This document shows, in pieces, positions 8,332-16,706 of a stretch of 55,340 nucleotides of DNA (position 1 is the first letter of the stretch; the number at the start of each line of letters is the position of its first letter). The notes below the pieces were generated by a model that did no database searches, had not been told where the DNA came from, and saw only the letters and a list, made by a program, of their open reading frames with translations. A program made the position numbers and the translations under genes. Source of the stretch: an uncultured Helicobacteraceae bacterium (lineage in GTDB: Bacteria; Campylobacterota; Campylobacteria; Campylobacterales; UBA6016). The stretch is from contig CALJKN010000221.1 of the NCBI GenBank assembly GCA_937973585.1, forward strand, positions 1 to 55,340, read 5' to 3'.

Positions 8332-8370
8332 AATAAAGGGGTTTGTGATGCAAGTCAGGGTTTATTACGA
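8332..8370 (+). repeat. Right copy of the perfect 39-bp direct repeat
   Basis: Identical to 7014-7052. Here it continues into the intact ybgC ORF. Confidence 0.95.
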
Positions 8371-8722
8371 GGATACCGACATCGGTGGAGTGGTGTATTA
8401 TGCTAATTATCTTAAATTTTGCGAGAGAGCCAGAAGCGAGATGTTTTTTGAGAGAGGGGTGTCGCCTATCATCGAGGGTGGGGCGTTTGTTGTCAAAAGC
8501 CTAAAGGCCGAATACATAAAATCTGCCCGTTTCGGCGATATTTTGGATGTCGAGACAAAGCTATCGGAGTTAAAAGGGGCATCCGCCTTATTGTCCCAAA
8601 AAATATATAGAGACGGGGAGCCGCTTTTTGAGTGTGACGTAAAACTCGTTTTTCTAAAAGATGCAAAGCCGTCAAAAATTCCAAAAGCCGCTTTGGATAT
8701 ACTGACCCTTAACCGTTCTTAA
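8345..8722 (+). CDS. ybgC: YbgC/FadM-family acyl-CoA thioesterase (hotdog fold)
   Basis: N-terminus VRVYYEDTDIGGVVYYANYLKFCERAR is the 4HBT/YbgC signature. The track starts at GTG 8345; ATG 8348, with AAAGGGG upstream, is the likely start. Confidence 0.85.
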   Translation: MMQVRVYYEDTDIGGVVYYANYLKFCERARSEMFFERGVSPIIEGGAFVVKSLKAEYIKSARFGDILDVETKLSELKGASALLSQKIYRDGEPLFECDVKLVFLKDAKPSKIPKAALDILTLNRS

Positions 8723-8774
8723 GCTATAATTTATACATCATTAATCACAAGTAAATATTTATGGATATAACACA

Positions 8775-9281
8775 ATGAATAACACTTTGAGCGGAAAAGC
8801 TTTCGTATTTGGCGACAATATCGACACCGATTTGATTATTGCGGCCAGATACCTAAATACTTCAAACCCTACGGAGCTTGCAAAACACGTCATGGAGGAT
8901 GCAGATCCTGAATTTGTCAAAAAAATATCATCAGGCGACATCATCGTAGCCGGAGAGAATTTCGGTTGCGGCTCATCCAGAGAGCATGCCCCTGTTGCCA
9001 TCAAATATGCCGGGTTATCGGCAGTTATCGCAAAATCTTTTGCCAGAATTTTTTATCGAAATGCGTTTAATACCGGCCTTGTGATACTGGAAGTAAAAGA
9101 GGCCGACAAAATAGCGGAGGGGGATGAGCTGGAGATAGATCTGGCCGCCGGAACCGTCCGGAACCTGACAAAAAACGAGAGCTATCCGTTTAATGCGATC
9201 CCCCCCTTTATGATGGAGTTGCTTAGTGCGGGCGGACTGATGGAGTATGCAAAAGAAGAGGTAAAAAGGATGAGCGTATGA
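8775..9281 (+). CDS. leuD: 3-isopropylmalate dehydratase small subunit (short type)
   Basis: 168 aa with [21 protein letters not shown] and [14 protein letters not shown] motifs. Directly followed by leuB. Confidence 0.9.
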   Translation: MNNTLSGKAFVFGDNIDTDLIIAARYLNTSNPTELAKHVMEDADPEFVKKISSGDIIVAGENFGCGSSREHAPVAIKYAGLSAVIAKSFARIFYRNAFNTGLVILEVKEADKIAEGDELEIDLAAGTVRNLTKNESYPFNAIPPFMMELLSAGGLMEYAKEEVKRMSV

Positions 9282-10339
9282 AAAACTACAAAATAGCCCT
9301 AATAAAAGGGGACGGGATAGGCCCTGAGATTGTAGATGAGGCGGTCAAAGTCCTAAAAGCCCTAGGCTCCAAATACGGTGTTTTATTTGAGTTTTCAGAG
9401 TATCTGATGGGTGGGTGCGCCGTTGACGAGTGCGGTACACCGCTACCTGATGCTACGATAGAGGGGGCAAAAGCTTCCGATGCCGTTCTTTTCGGCGCTA
9501 TCGGAGGCTACAAATGGGATACTCTCCCTAGAGAGCTAAAACCAGAGACGGGGCTTCTTAAAATCAGAAAAGAGCTGGGTACGTATGCAAACCTCCGTCC
9601 TGCTGCCGTGTATGACGAATTACTGGAGGCTAGCCCGCTAAAACCAGAAATAGCAAAAGGGGTTGACCTTCTGATAGTAAGGGAGTTAACGGGCGGTATA
9701 TATTTTGGGGAGCCTAGAGGCAGGGACGAGAATAGAGGCTATAATACGATGGTATACACAAAGCCTGAAATCGAGAGAATTGCAAAAGTAGCGTTCGAGT
9801 CTGCCAGAAAAAGAAGAGGCAAGGTGACGAGCGTCGATAAGGCAAACGTCCTTGAGGTGTCACAGCTTTGGAGGGAGACGGTGACCGAAGTCGCCAAAAA
9901 CTATCCGGACGTGACACTGGAACACCTATATGTAGACAATGCGGCTATGCAACTTGTGACAAACCCAAAACAGTTTGACGTGGTTGTTACCGGAAATATA
10001 TTCGGCGATATACTATCGGACGAGGCAAGCGTTCTGACTGGCTCTATCGGATTACTGCCGAGCGCATCTTTGGGTGATAAGTACGCCATATACGAGCCGA
10101 TACACGGTTCCGCTCCGGATATTGCGGGACAGAATATAGCAAATCCTGTGGCTACTATTTTGAGCGCCTCTATGATGCTTAGATACTCACTAAATGAAAC
10201 TGAGTTGGCCGACAAGGTTGATGAAGCAGTCAAGACGGTTTTGAGAGAGGGTCTAAGGACAAAAGATACCGCCAGATTCGGTAGTGTTAGGACTCTAACC
10301 TGCTCCGAGATGGGCGACGAAATAGCGGCAAGGGTGTAA
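9278..10339 (+). CDS. leuB: 3-isopropylmalate dehydrogenase
   Basis: 353 aa with [25 protein letters not shown] and [12 protein letters not shown] motifs. Confidence 0.95.
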   Translation: MKNYKIALIKGDGIGPEIVDEAVKVLKALGSKYGVLFEFSEYLMGGCAVDECGTPLPDATIEGAKASDAVLFGAIGGYKWDTLPRELKPETGLLKIRKELGTYANLRPAAVYDELLEASPLKPEIAKGVDLLIVRELTGGIYFGEPRGRDENRGYNTMVYTKPEIERIAKVAFESARKRRGKVTSVDKANVLEVSQLWRETVTEVAKNYPDVTLEHLYVDNAAMQLVTNPKQFDVVVTGNIFGDILSDEASVLTGSIGLLPSASLGDKYAIYEPIHGSAPDIAGQNIANPVATILSASMMLRYSLNETELADKVDEAVKTVLREGLRTKDTARFGSVRTLTCSEMGDEIAARV

Positions 10340-10340
10340 A

Positions 10341-10598
10341 ATGCTAGGCCTAAAGACTCTAACCTTAGCTTCGATATATGAATTTCAGGGGCACAAAGAG
10401 GATGCACTCAAAATCTACAAAGAGATTTTGATGAAAGACCCTAGCAACAAAGAGGCTATAGCGGCGATCAGAAGGCTATCAGGAATACACAAAAAATACA
10501 GCGGCGTAAATACCCAGATGAGGGATTTTTTTGTCGATATGCAAAGCGACATAGAGTTTAAAGAGCTTGAAAGGTGGTTGGTTAGACTATGGAACTAA
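10341..10598 (+). CDS. Small hypothetical protein with a TPR-like helical repeat
   Basis: 85 aa containing a TPR-like segment (GHKEDALKIYKEILMKDPSNKEAIAAIRRL). Starts 1 nt after the leuB stop and overlaps the next ORF by 10 nt. Confidence 0.5.
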   Translation: MLGLKTLTLASIYEFQGHKEDALKIYKEILMKDPSNKEAIAAIRRLSGIHKKYSGVNTQMRDFFVDMQSDIEFKELERWLVRLWN

Positions 10599-10924
10599 AA
10601 GATGCCGTACTCTCCACATTGGCGGAGATAGAAGAGAATTTTGCCGGAGATAATAGACGTGAGGATATTAGACATCTGATGAGCGGCGAGGCTATGGCCG
10701 CTTATGAGGATTTTAGAGACAATGACTCTCGGGAGCCTACGTTGGAGAGGTTTTTGGTAAACCTCAGAGAGAGGGTACTTGTGTTGTTTGAGGGGTTGCT
10801 AACCATAGAACAAGACAACAAAAACGATATGTTGCTTTTGGAAAAAAAGCTAGACCTTATCATAAACTTTATGGAATATCTACTTTCCAGCATTGACGAA
10901 AAACTGGACAAATCACAGGAGTAA
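10589..10924 (+). CDS. Hypothetical acidic helical protein (111 aa)
   Basis: ORF-track call. ATG overlaps the preceding stop (ATGGAACTAA). Same reading frame as the downstream cca open frame, separated from it by one TAA. Confidence 0.5.
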   Translation: MELKDAVLSTLAEIEENFAGDNRREDIRHLMSGEAMAAYEDFRDNDSREPTLERFLVNLRERVLVLFEGLLTIEQDNKNDMLLLEKKLDLIINFMEYLLSSIDEKLDKSQE

Positions 10925-12061
10925 CCTGTTTTTCCATTTTTAGACAACGACTCAAACGAGACGTTAAAAAAACTCCTTCGCTTACTACAAGATACTGCTG
11001 CCGTCCCCTTTTTTGCCGGAGGGACGGCTAGGGATATACTCCTTAAAAAAACACCGAAAGATATAGATATTGAGATTCACGGATTAACCCCACAAAAGTT
11101 TGAAGAACTTATGGGCTTTTTTGGGGCAGACGGAGTCGGAAAGAGCTTTTTTGTCTACAGATACAAAAACTTCGATATATCGCTACCCAGAGTTGAGAGA
11201 AAGACGGGTTACGGACACACCGGATTTAGTGCCGAGGTGACCGATGACATGAAAGAGGCGTGCAGGAGAAGGGATTTTACTATCAATTCCATTTTAATCC
11301 GTGTTACTGATTTGGAGGTTTTTGATTTTTTTAACGGCGTCGAGGATTTGAGGCAAAAAACAATTAGAATGACCGATCAAAATAGCTTTGGGGATGACAG
11401 TCTAAGGGTTTTGCGTGGGATGCAGTTTGCGGCAAGATTTGGTTTTAGGATAGACAAAAAAACGGTCGATATATGCCTTCGGATACCGCTTGACGATATA
11501 TCGAAATCTAGGATATTTGCAGAGTTTGAAAAGATGTTTAGCGGAGATTATCCGTGGATTGGGCTTTATTATTTTTTTAAACTAGGTATCGCCGAAAAAA
11601 TATTCTGCTTCCGGATCGCTTTTATCCAATTTTTGGGACTATGCAAAGAGCTTAGGTGCGCTTACGCATTTTTTGGCTCAAAAAAAGGGTTATTATTGTT
11701 TATTTTGCTCTCGAGCCGTTTTGTCAAAAAAGAACATTTTTTGGATAAAATTTCCGCCCCGAAAGAGTATCGAAAGATTATAGCCGCTAACACCGAAATT
11801 CCAAAAAAAATATCGGAGCGTTTTTTGGCCGGAATCGCTGTTCGTACGCCTGTATCCGAGTGGCTAGGTTCCTACAAAAAAGGGGTGGCCGATGGCTCAA
11901 AAAAGCTCCATTTGTATGACGGTGTATTTGTCTGCGAGACAACGTATGAGACGGTAATAAAAGAGGGTTTTGTGTCGGGTGCCATAGGGTCTGAGTATAG
12001 ACGCAGACGGGCAGAGGAGATACGAAAAAAATATTCAAAGAGGATTGTATGCATAAAATAG
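10925..12061 (+). CDS. cca: Class II tRNA nucleotidyltransferase (CCA-adding enzyme / poly(A) polymerase family, no HD domain); start codon unresolved
   Basis: The frame is open from 10925, immediately after the upstream TAA. Catalytic motifs FFAGGTARDILL...DIDIEIHG lie upstream of the first Met (11111). RRDFTINS and DDSLRVLRGMQFAARFGF follow. There is no in-frame ATG/GTG/TTG between 10925 and the motifs. Confidence 0.75.
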   Translation, partial: PVFPFLDNDSNETLKKLLRLLQDTAAVPFFAGGTARDILLKKTPKDIDIEIHGLTPQKFEELMGFFGADGVGKSFFVYRYKNFDISLPRVERKTGYGHTGFSAEVTDDMKEACRRRDFTINSILIRVTDLEVFDFFNGVEDLRQKTIRMTDQNSFGDDSLRVLRGMQFAARFGFRIDKKTVDICLRIPLDDISKSRIFAEFEKMFSGDYPWIGLYYFFKLGIAEKIFCFRIAFIQFLGLCKELRCAYAFFGSKKGLLLFILLSSRFVKKEHFLDKISAPKEYRKIIAANTEIPKKISERFLAGIAVRTPVSEWLGSYKKGVADGSKKLHLYDGVFVCETTYETVIKEGFVSGAIGSEYRRRRAEEIRKKYSKRIVCIK

Positions 12062-12882
12062 TTTTGATAGATTGCGAAGACAGCACGGGCTTGATATACA
12101 AAATAAGCAAAATATTTTTTGAAAACTCACTAAACGTAGAAAAAAACGATGAGTTTGTAGAAAAAGAGAAAAATAGATTTTTTATGAGGACCGAAATTAG
12201 CGGAGAGGCCGATTTCGAGCTTGTGGAGAAACTATTGAGGCGTGACCTGCCTAAAGATGCAAACCTCAGGATAATCGAAAAAGAGCGGAAAAAAAACGTT
12301 TTATTGTTTGCAACAAAAGAGTCTCACTGTCTTGGCGACATATTAATTAGATATCATAGCGGCGAGATGGATGCAAACATATTGGGGGTGGTTGCAAACC
12401 ATGATACGCTGAAGTCTTTGGTTGAGAAGTTCGAGCTTCCGTTTTATCTGATCTCTGCCGACGGGCTAAGCAGGGAAGAGCATGAGGCAAAAGTGATAGA
12501 GCTTACCGAGAGCCTCTCTCCGGATTTGTTAGTGCTTGCAAAATATATGAGGATTCTGACCCCCGAATTTGTCTCACGGTTTGAGGGTAAAATAATCAAT
12601 ATCCACCACTCGTTTCTCCCTGCTTTTATAGGTGCTAATCCTTATAAGCAAGCTTACGAGAGAGGGGTAAAGATTATAGGGGCTACGGCACATTTTGTGA
12701 ATAACAATCTGGATGAGGGTCCTATCATTGCCCAGGACATCGTAAAGGTGGATCATAGCTACGGATGGGAGGAGATGAGAAATCTGGGTCGAGACATCGA
12801 AAAGGTGGTTTTGGCAAAGGCTATCGGGCTTGCGTTGGAGGATAAAATATTTGTTTACGACAATAAGACCGTGATATTTTGA
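12049..12882 (+). CDS. purU: Formyltetrahydrofolate deformylase
   Basis: 277 aa. N-terminal ACT-like region plus a formyltransferase core (IINIHHSFLPAFIGANPYKQAYERGVKIIGATAHFV). Confidence 0.9.
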   Translation: MHKIVLIDCEDSTGLIYKISKIFFENSLNVEKNDEFVEKEKNRFFMRTEISGEADFELVEKLLRRDLPKDANLRIIEKERKKNVLLFATKESHCLGDILIRYHSGEMDANILGVVANHDTLKSLVEKFELPFYLISADGLSREEHEAKVIELTESLSPDLLVLAKYMRILTPEFVSRFEGKIINIHHSFLPAFIGANPYKQAYERGVKIIGATAHFVNNNLDEGPIIAQDIVKVDHSYGWEEMRNLGRDIEKVVLAKAIGLALEDKIFVYDNKTVIF

Positions 12883-12975
12883 TCTATATACACCTGAGCT
12901 ATCGCCTCTATAATTAATGGCGCTTAGGCTAAAATTAATGCAAACTAAATCAATAAAATAGGGAAACAACCAATA

Positions 12976-13896
12976 ATGAACACCGCTGATTTTATCTGGA
13001 TGGATGGAGAATTTGTCGCATGGGAAGATGCAAAGGTTCACGTCCTGTCGCACTCTCTTCACTACGGTAACGCCGCAATAGAGGGGACAAAAGCCTACAA
13101 AACAGACAAAGGGTATGCAATATTCAAACTAAGAGAGCACACCCAAAGGTTACTAAACTCATCGAAAATGACATTGATGAATGTCCCTTTTACGCTCGAA
13201 GAGCTAGAGGCGGCACAGGTGGAGCTGATCAAGAAAAACGGCTTCAAAGGCGACAGTGTATACCTAAGGCCACTTGTTTATCTGGGTTACGGTGTTATGG
13301 GGCTTTATCATGCAAACGCTCCGGTAAAAGTATCCATATCTGCTTGGGAGTGGGGCGCATACTTGGGTGAAGAGGGACTTAGAAACGGTATTAGGCTAAA
13401 AATATCGTCCTTTACCAGAAGCTCCAACAAATCGACTATGGGTAAAGCGAAAGCAAGTGCGAACTATCTGAATTCACAAATGGCCAAATACGAGGCGGTA
13501 GAGTGCGGTTATGACGAAGCGCTACTCCTAGATGATGAGGGATATGTTGCCGAGGCTAGCGGGGCATGCTTTTTTATTGTTAGAGACGGCAAGCTGATAT
13601 CACCGCCAAACGATAACTCACTAGAGTCTATTACTCAGGCAACCGTCATAGAGATTGCAAAAAATATGGGTATCGAAGTTGTTAGACGTAGAATTACCAG
13701 AGAAGAGATATATATAGCCGACGAGGCGTTTTTGACCGGAACGGCTGCCGAGATAACCCCTATCAGGGAAGTCGATGCAAGAGTTGTCGGAATCGGCAGA
13801 ATGGGGTCTATGACGGAGAAGATTCAGAAAAAATATTTTGATATAGTAAACGGCAAGGATGCCGATTACGAAAAACACCTAACATACATAAACTAA
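12976..13896 (+). CDS. ilvE: Branched-chain amino acid aminotransferase
   Basis: 306 aa of class IV aminotransferase type (HSLHYGNAAIEGTKAY, LTGTAAEITPIREVD). Confidence 0.92.
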   Translation: MNTADFIWMDGEFVAWEDAKVHVLSHSLHYGNAAIEGTKAYKTDKGYAIFKLREHTQRLLNSSKMTLMNVPFTLEELEAAQVELIKKNGFKGDSVYLRPLVYLGYGVMGLYHANAPVKVSISAWEWGAYLGEEGLRNGIRLKISSFTRSSNKSTMGKAKASANYLNSQMAKYEAVECGYDEALLLDDEGYVAEASGACFFIVRDGKLISPPNDNSLESITQATVIEIAKNMGIEVVRRRITREEIYIADEAFLTGTAAEITPIREVDARVVGIGRMGSMTEKIQKKYFDIVNGKDADYEKHLTYIN

Positions 13897-13905
13897 GGGA
13901 TATCC

Positions 13906-14949
13906 ATGGCAGTCGATATGAACGACTATTTCAACAAAAAAAACGGTGGTGATAAAAAACCAAGCGGCGAATTTGTCCCCCCTAAAATGCCGGATTTCCT
14001 ATCGGGCGGCAAAATGAATTTTGTTTATATGGCAATCGGGGTAATACTCGTTTTAGCCCTCTTTAGACCGTTTGTCATAATTAATTCCGGCGAGACGGGT
14101 ATACTCGTAACGCTAGGAAAATACGAAAAACAGCCGATGTATCCCGGTTTTCACCTATTTATGCCTCTGCTTCAAAAAGTAATCGTTGTTGACTCAAAAG
14201 TCAGAATCATCAATTACACCGTAGAAGATGCGGCAGGGGCGGTGGACAAGAGAGGGGTTGCCAAAATGGCACCTATTCAGGTTTTGGATTCAAGGGGTCT
14301 TCCGGTCGAGGTTGAGCTAACTATTCAGTACAGCCTGGCACCTGAAAAAGCGGCAGATGCCATAGCGACTCTGGGTCTTAACTGGGAAGAGAAAACCATA
14401 CATCCGAATATCAGGGATGTCGTCCGTTCGGTTATAGGAAATTTTAAAGCCGAAGAATTGCCGACAAAGAGAGATGAGATAGCGGCTCATATAACCCAAA
14501 ATATGCAAAAAGCTATCGAAAAGATAAAGAATCAACCGATAACAGTAAACTCTATTCAGCTAAGAAATATAACTCTTCCGGAGAAAGTCAAAGAGCAGAT
14601 AGAGAGAGTTCAGATAGCGAATCAAGAGGCTGAGAGGACAAAATACGAAGTTGAAAGGGCAAAACAGGAGGCTCAAAAAGCGGCAGAGATTGCAAAAGGT
14701 AATGCCGAGGCAAAAATAATAGAGGCTAAAGGGCAAGCCGAAGCAAACGAGCTGATAGGCAAATCGCTTACAAACAATCTTGTAAAAATCAAACAAATTG
14801 AAGCTCAGGCAAAATTTAATGAAGCTCTCAAAGAAAATAAAGATGCAAAAGTATTCCTGACACCTAACGGGGCTATGCCGTCTGTCTGGATGGATATGAA
14901 AGACAAAGAGAAAGAACCGGCAAAACAATCAGCGGCGGTAGGCAAGTGA
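13906..14949 (+). CDS. SPFH/band-7 (prohibitin/HflC-like) membrane protein with a C-terminal coiled coil
   Basis: 347 aa. N-terminal TM segment, SPFH core (INSGETGILVTLGKY) and an Ala/Glu/Lys-rich coiled coil. Confidence 0.85.
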   Translation: MAVDMNDYFNKKNGGDKKPSGEFVPPKMPDFLSGGKMNFVYMAIGVILVLALFRPFVIINSGETGILVTLGKYEKQPMYPGFHLFMPLLQKVIVVDSKVRIINYTVEDAAGAVDKRGVAKMAPIQVLDSRGLPVEVELTIQYSLAPEKAADAIATLGLNWEEKTIHPNIRDVVRSVIGNFKAEELPTKRDEIAAHITQNMQKAIEKIKNQPITVNSIQLRNITLPEKVKEQIERVQIANQEAERTKYEVERAKQEAQKAAEIAKGNAEAKIIEAKGQAEANELIGKSLTNNLVKIKQIEAQAKFNEALKENKDAKVFLTPNGAMPSVWMDMKDKEKEPAKQSAAVGK

Positions 14950-15620
14950 GCGACTCTCTAAAGTTGGATTTTTCAAAAGGGCTACTCCCTGCAATCGCCC
15001 AAGACGCAAATACCAAAGAGGTATTAATGCTCGGATTTGTGGATGAAGAGGCAGTAAATCTGAGTCTTACTACGGGCTATGCCCACTACTATTCCAGAAG
15101 CAAACAGCGGATATGGAAAAAAGGGGAGGAGAGCGGACATTTGCAAAAAATAGCCGATGTATTGACCGATTGTGATAATGACACCGTGTTGTATATTGTA
15201 GAGCAAATCGGTGTTGCTTGCCATACCGGCGCTAGAAGCTGTTTTTTTAAGAGCATAAAGACAAACGAGAGGGTTTTGGAAACAGAGGTGGATACGTCAC
15301 AGATATACGGTGTCATAGACACGCTGTTTCATGAGATAGAGTCAAAAAAATTCGGCGATCCTACCGTCTCGTATACAGCAAAACTATTCTCAAAAGGTGA
15401 AAATACGATCTGCAAAAAAATAGCCGAAGAGGCTGCGGAGTTGTGTTTTGCAATAAAAGATAAAAATAAAAATGAGGTAATATACGAAACGGCCGATCTG
15501 GCATACCATGCTTTGGTCGGGTTAAGCTTTAGCGGCGTATCTCCGGATTTGGTAAAAACGGAGATTAGGCGACGTTTCGGCGTGAGCGGCATTGCCGAGA
15601 AAAACAATAGAGGCGAATAG
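14946..15620 (+). CDS. hisIE: Bifunctional phosphoribosyl-AMP cyclohydrolase / phosphoribosyl-ATP pyrophosphatase
   Basis: 224 aa with a GTG start overlapping the upstream stop. HisI motifs (LLPAIAQD, DCDNDTVLYIVEQIGVACHTGARSCF) followed by a HisE part (EEAAEL...ADLAYHALV). Confidence 0.92.
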   Translation: MSDSLKLDFSKGLLPAIAQDANTKEVLMLGFVDEEAVNLSLTTGYAHYYSRSKQRIWKKGEESGHLQKIADVLTDCDNDTVLYIVEQIGVACHTGARSCFFKSIKTNERVLETEVDTSQIYGVIDTLFHEIESKKFGDPTVSYTAKLFSKGENTICKKIAEEAAELCFAIKDKNKNEVIYETADLAYHALVGLSFSGVSPDLVKTEIRRRFGVSGIAEKNNRGE

Positions 15621-16147
15621 TGGAATTTGCATTTGATTTAAAAGAGTTTTTTAGATCCTTACTAATATACCACTATGTCTTTTTTGGGGTTGCTTCATTT
15701 TTAACTATTGCCATGATGATTTTAGGTGTTATCCTAAGGCGACACCTCTGGGCAGCACTTTTGTGTTTTGGACTCTCATTTTTTGGATTTAGCATCGGTG
15801 TTCCGGTAGGTGGGTATTTTCTGGAGTCATATCTACGCCCCTCATCACTTCAAAACGTCACGGTACACAGATTGGAATTTAGTAAGGCGATAGTGTTTAC
15901 GGCTGATATAAAAAATGACGGTGGGATAAAATCGGATAAGCAGTATTTAGTTTTAAAGCTCGTTAAAAAAGAGGAAAACTCGATACTCCAGTACATACAG
16001 TTGCTTAATCCGGTAATATCCAAAAAAAGCCACTTTCTGCAGGAAATAGCCCCATCCGAATTGAAATCTATTAGGATTGTACTGGATGTAAATAGGGTCA
16101 AAAACCTTTCAGATTATGTCGTTTTCTACGAAATAAAAACTTTTTGA
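15620..16147 (+). CDS. Hypothetical membrane protein (two N-terminal TM helices plus a soluble domain)
   Basis: 175 aa with a GTG start overlapping the hisIE stop by 1 nt. No motif recognised. Confidence 0.55.
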   Translation: MEFAFDLKEFFRSLLIYHYVFFGVASFLTIAMMILGVILRRHLWAALLCFGLSFFGFSIGVPVGGYFLESYLRPSSLQNVTVHRLEFSKAIVFTADIKNDGGIKSDKQYLVLKLVKKEENSILQYIQLLNPVISKKSHFLQEIAPSELKSIRIVLDVNRVKNLSDYVVFYEIKTF

Positions 16148-16166
16148 AAATTTTTTCGTTTTGCTA

Positions 16167-16195
16167 TTGACAAAACGTTTTTTTTTCCCTATAAT
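16167..16195 (+). promoter_or_regulatory. Perfect consensus sigma-70 promoter for the tRNA-tuf transcription unit
   Basis: TTGACA (16167-16172), a 17-nt spacer containing a T9 run, then TATAAT (16190-16195). Lies 25 nt upstream of tRNA-Thr. Confidence 0.7.
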
Positions 16196-16220
16196 TTCAG
16201 CTCCATTTTGAATGGTAAAT

Positions 16221-16297
16221 GCCGGTGTAGCTCAGCTGGTCAGAGCAGCTGTTTTGTAAACAGCAGGTCGGGGGTTCGAATCCCTTCACCGGCTCCA
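16221..16297 (+). tRNA. tRNA-Thr (anticodon TGT), 3'-CCA encoded
   Basis: Cloverleaf folded by eye: acceptor GCCGGTG/CACCGGC, anticodon stem GCTGT/ACAGC with loop TT-TGT-AA, T-loop GTTCGAATC. Confidence 0.9.
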
Positions 16298-16352
16298 CTA
16301 CTAATCGCGATTTAAGTAAATTAAAAAGATAGTCCAAAACAAATGTTAAACT

Positions 16353-16437
16353 GGTGGAATTCCCGAGCGGCCAAAGGGGACAGACTGTAAATCTGTTGGT
16401 TATGCCTTCGAAGGTTCGAATCCTTCTTCCACCACCA
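16353..16437 (+). tRNA. tRNA-Tyr (anticodon GTA), long variable arm, 3'-CCA encoded
   Basis: Acceptor GGTGGAA/TTCCACC, anticodon stem ACAGA/TCTGT with loop CT-GTA-AA, T-loop GGTTCGAATCC. 85 nt. Confidence 0.9.
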
Positions 16438-16440
16438 GGT

Positions 16441-16517
16441 GCGGGAGTAGCTCAGTTGGCTAGAGCATCAGCCTTCCAAGCTGAGGGTCGCGGGTTCGAG
16501 TCCCGTCTCCCGCTCCA
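16441..16517 (+). tRNA. tRNA-Gly (anticodon TCC), 3'-CCA encoded
   Basis: Acceptor GCGGGAG/CTCCCGC, anticodon stem TCAGC/GCTGA with loop CT-TCC-AA, T-loop GGTTCGAGTCC. Confidence 0.9.
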
Positions 16518-16569
16518 CCGGACATCTCCTGCTTACTTATTTTATGTTTTATTTAGTTTATCTTATAAT

Positions 16570-16644
16570 GCCCATATAGCTCAGTGGCAGAGCACTTCCT
16601 TGGTAAGGAAGAGGTCGACGGTTCAATCCCGTTTATGGGCTCCA
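16570..16644 (+). tRNA. tRNA-Thr (anticodon GGT), 3'-CCA encoded
   Basis: Acceptor GCCCATA/TATGGGC, anticodon stem CTTCC/GGAAG with loop TT-GGT-AA, T-loop GGTTCAATCC. Confidence 0.9.
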
Positions 16645-16706
16645 TTACTAAAATGACCTAATGCTAAACGCCAAGAGCTTAAAAAAAATTCATCCAAGGA
16701 AGAGAG

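Noticed and set aside
9199-9205. C7 homopolymer inside leuD, as a possible phase-variation tract of the kind seen in Campylobacter contingency genes.
   Set aside because: It encodes in-frame Pro-Pro in a conserved housekeeping gene and is shorter than typical phase-variable G/C tracts. No poly-G/C tracts of 8 nt or more were noticed on reading the window.
16354-16656. 100-aa + strand ORF spanning the tRNA-Tyr / tRNA-Gly / tRNA-Thr genes.
   Set aside because: It is made entirely of tRNA gene sequence and spacers, so the tRNA cloverleaves explain the region.
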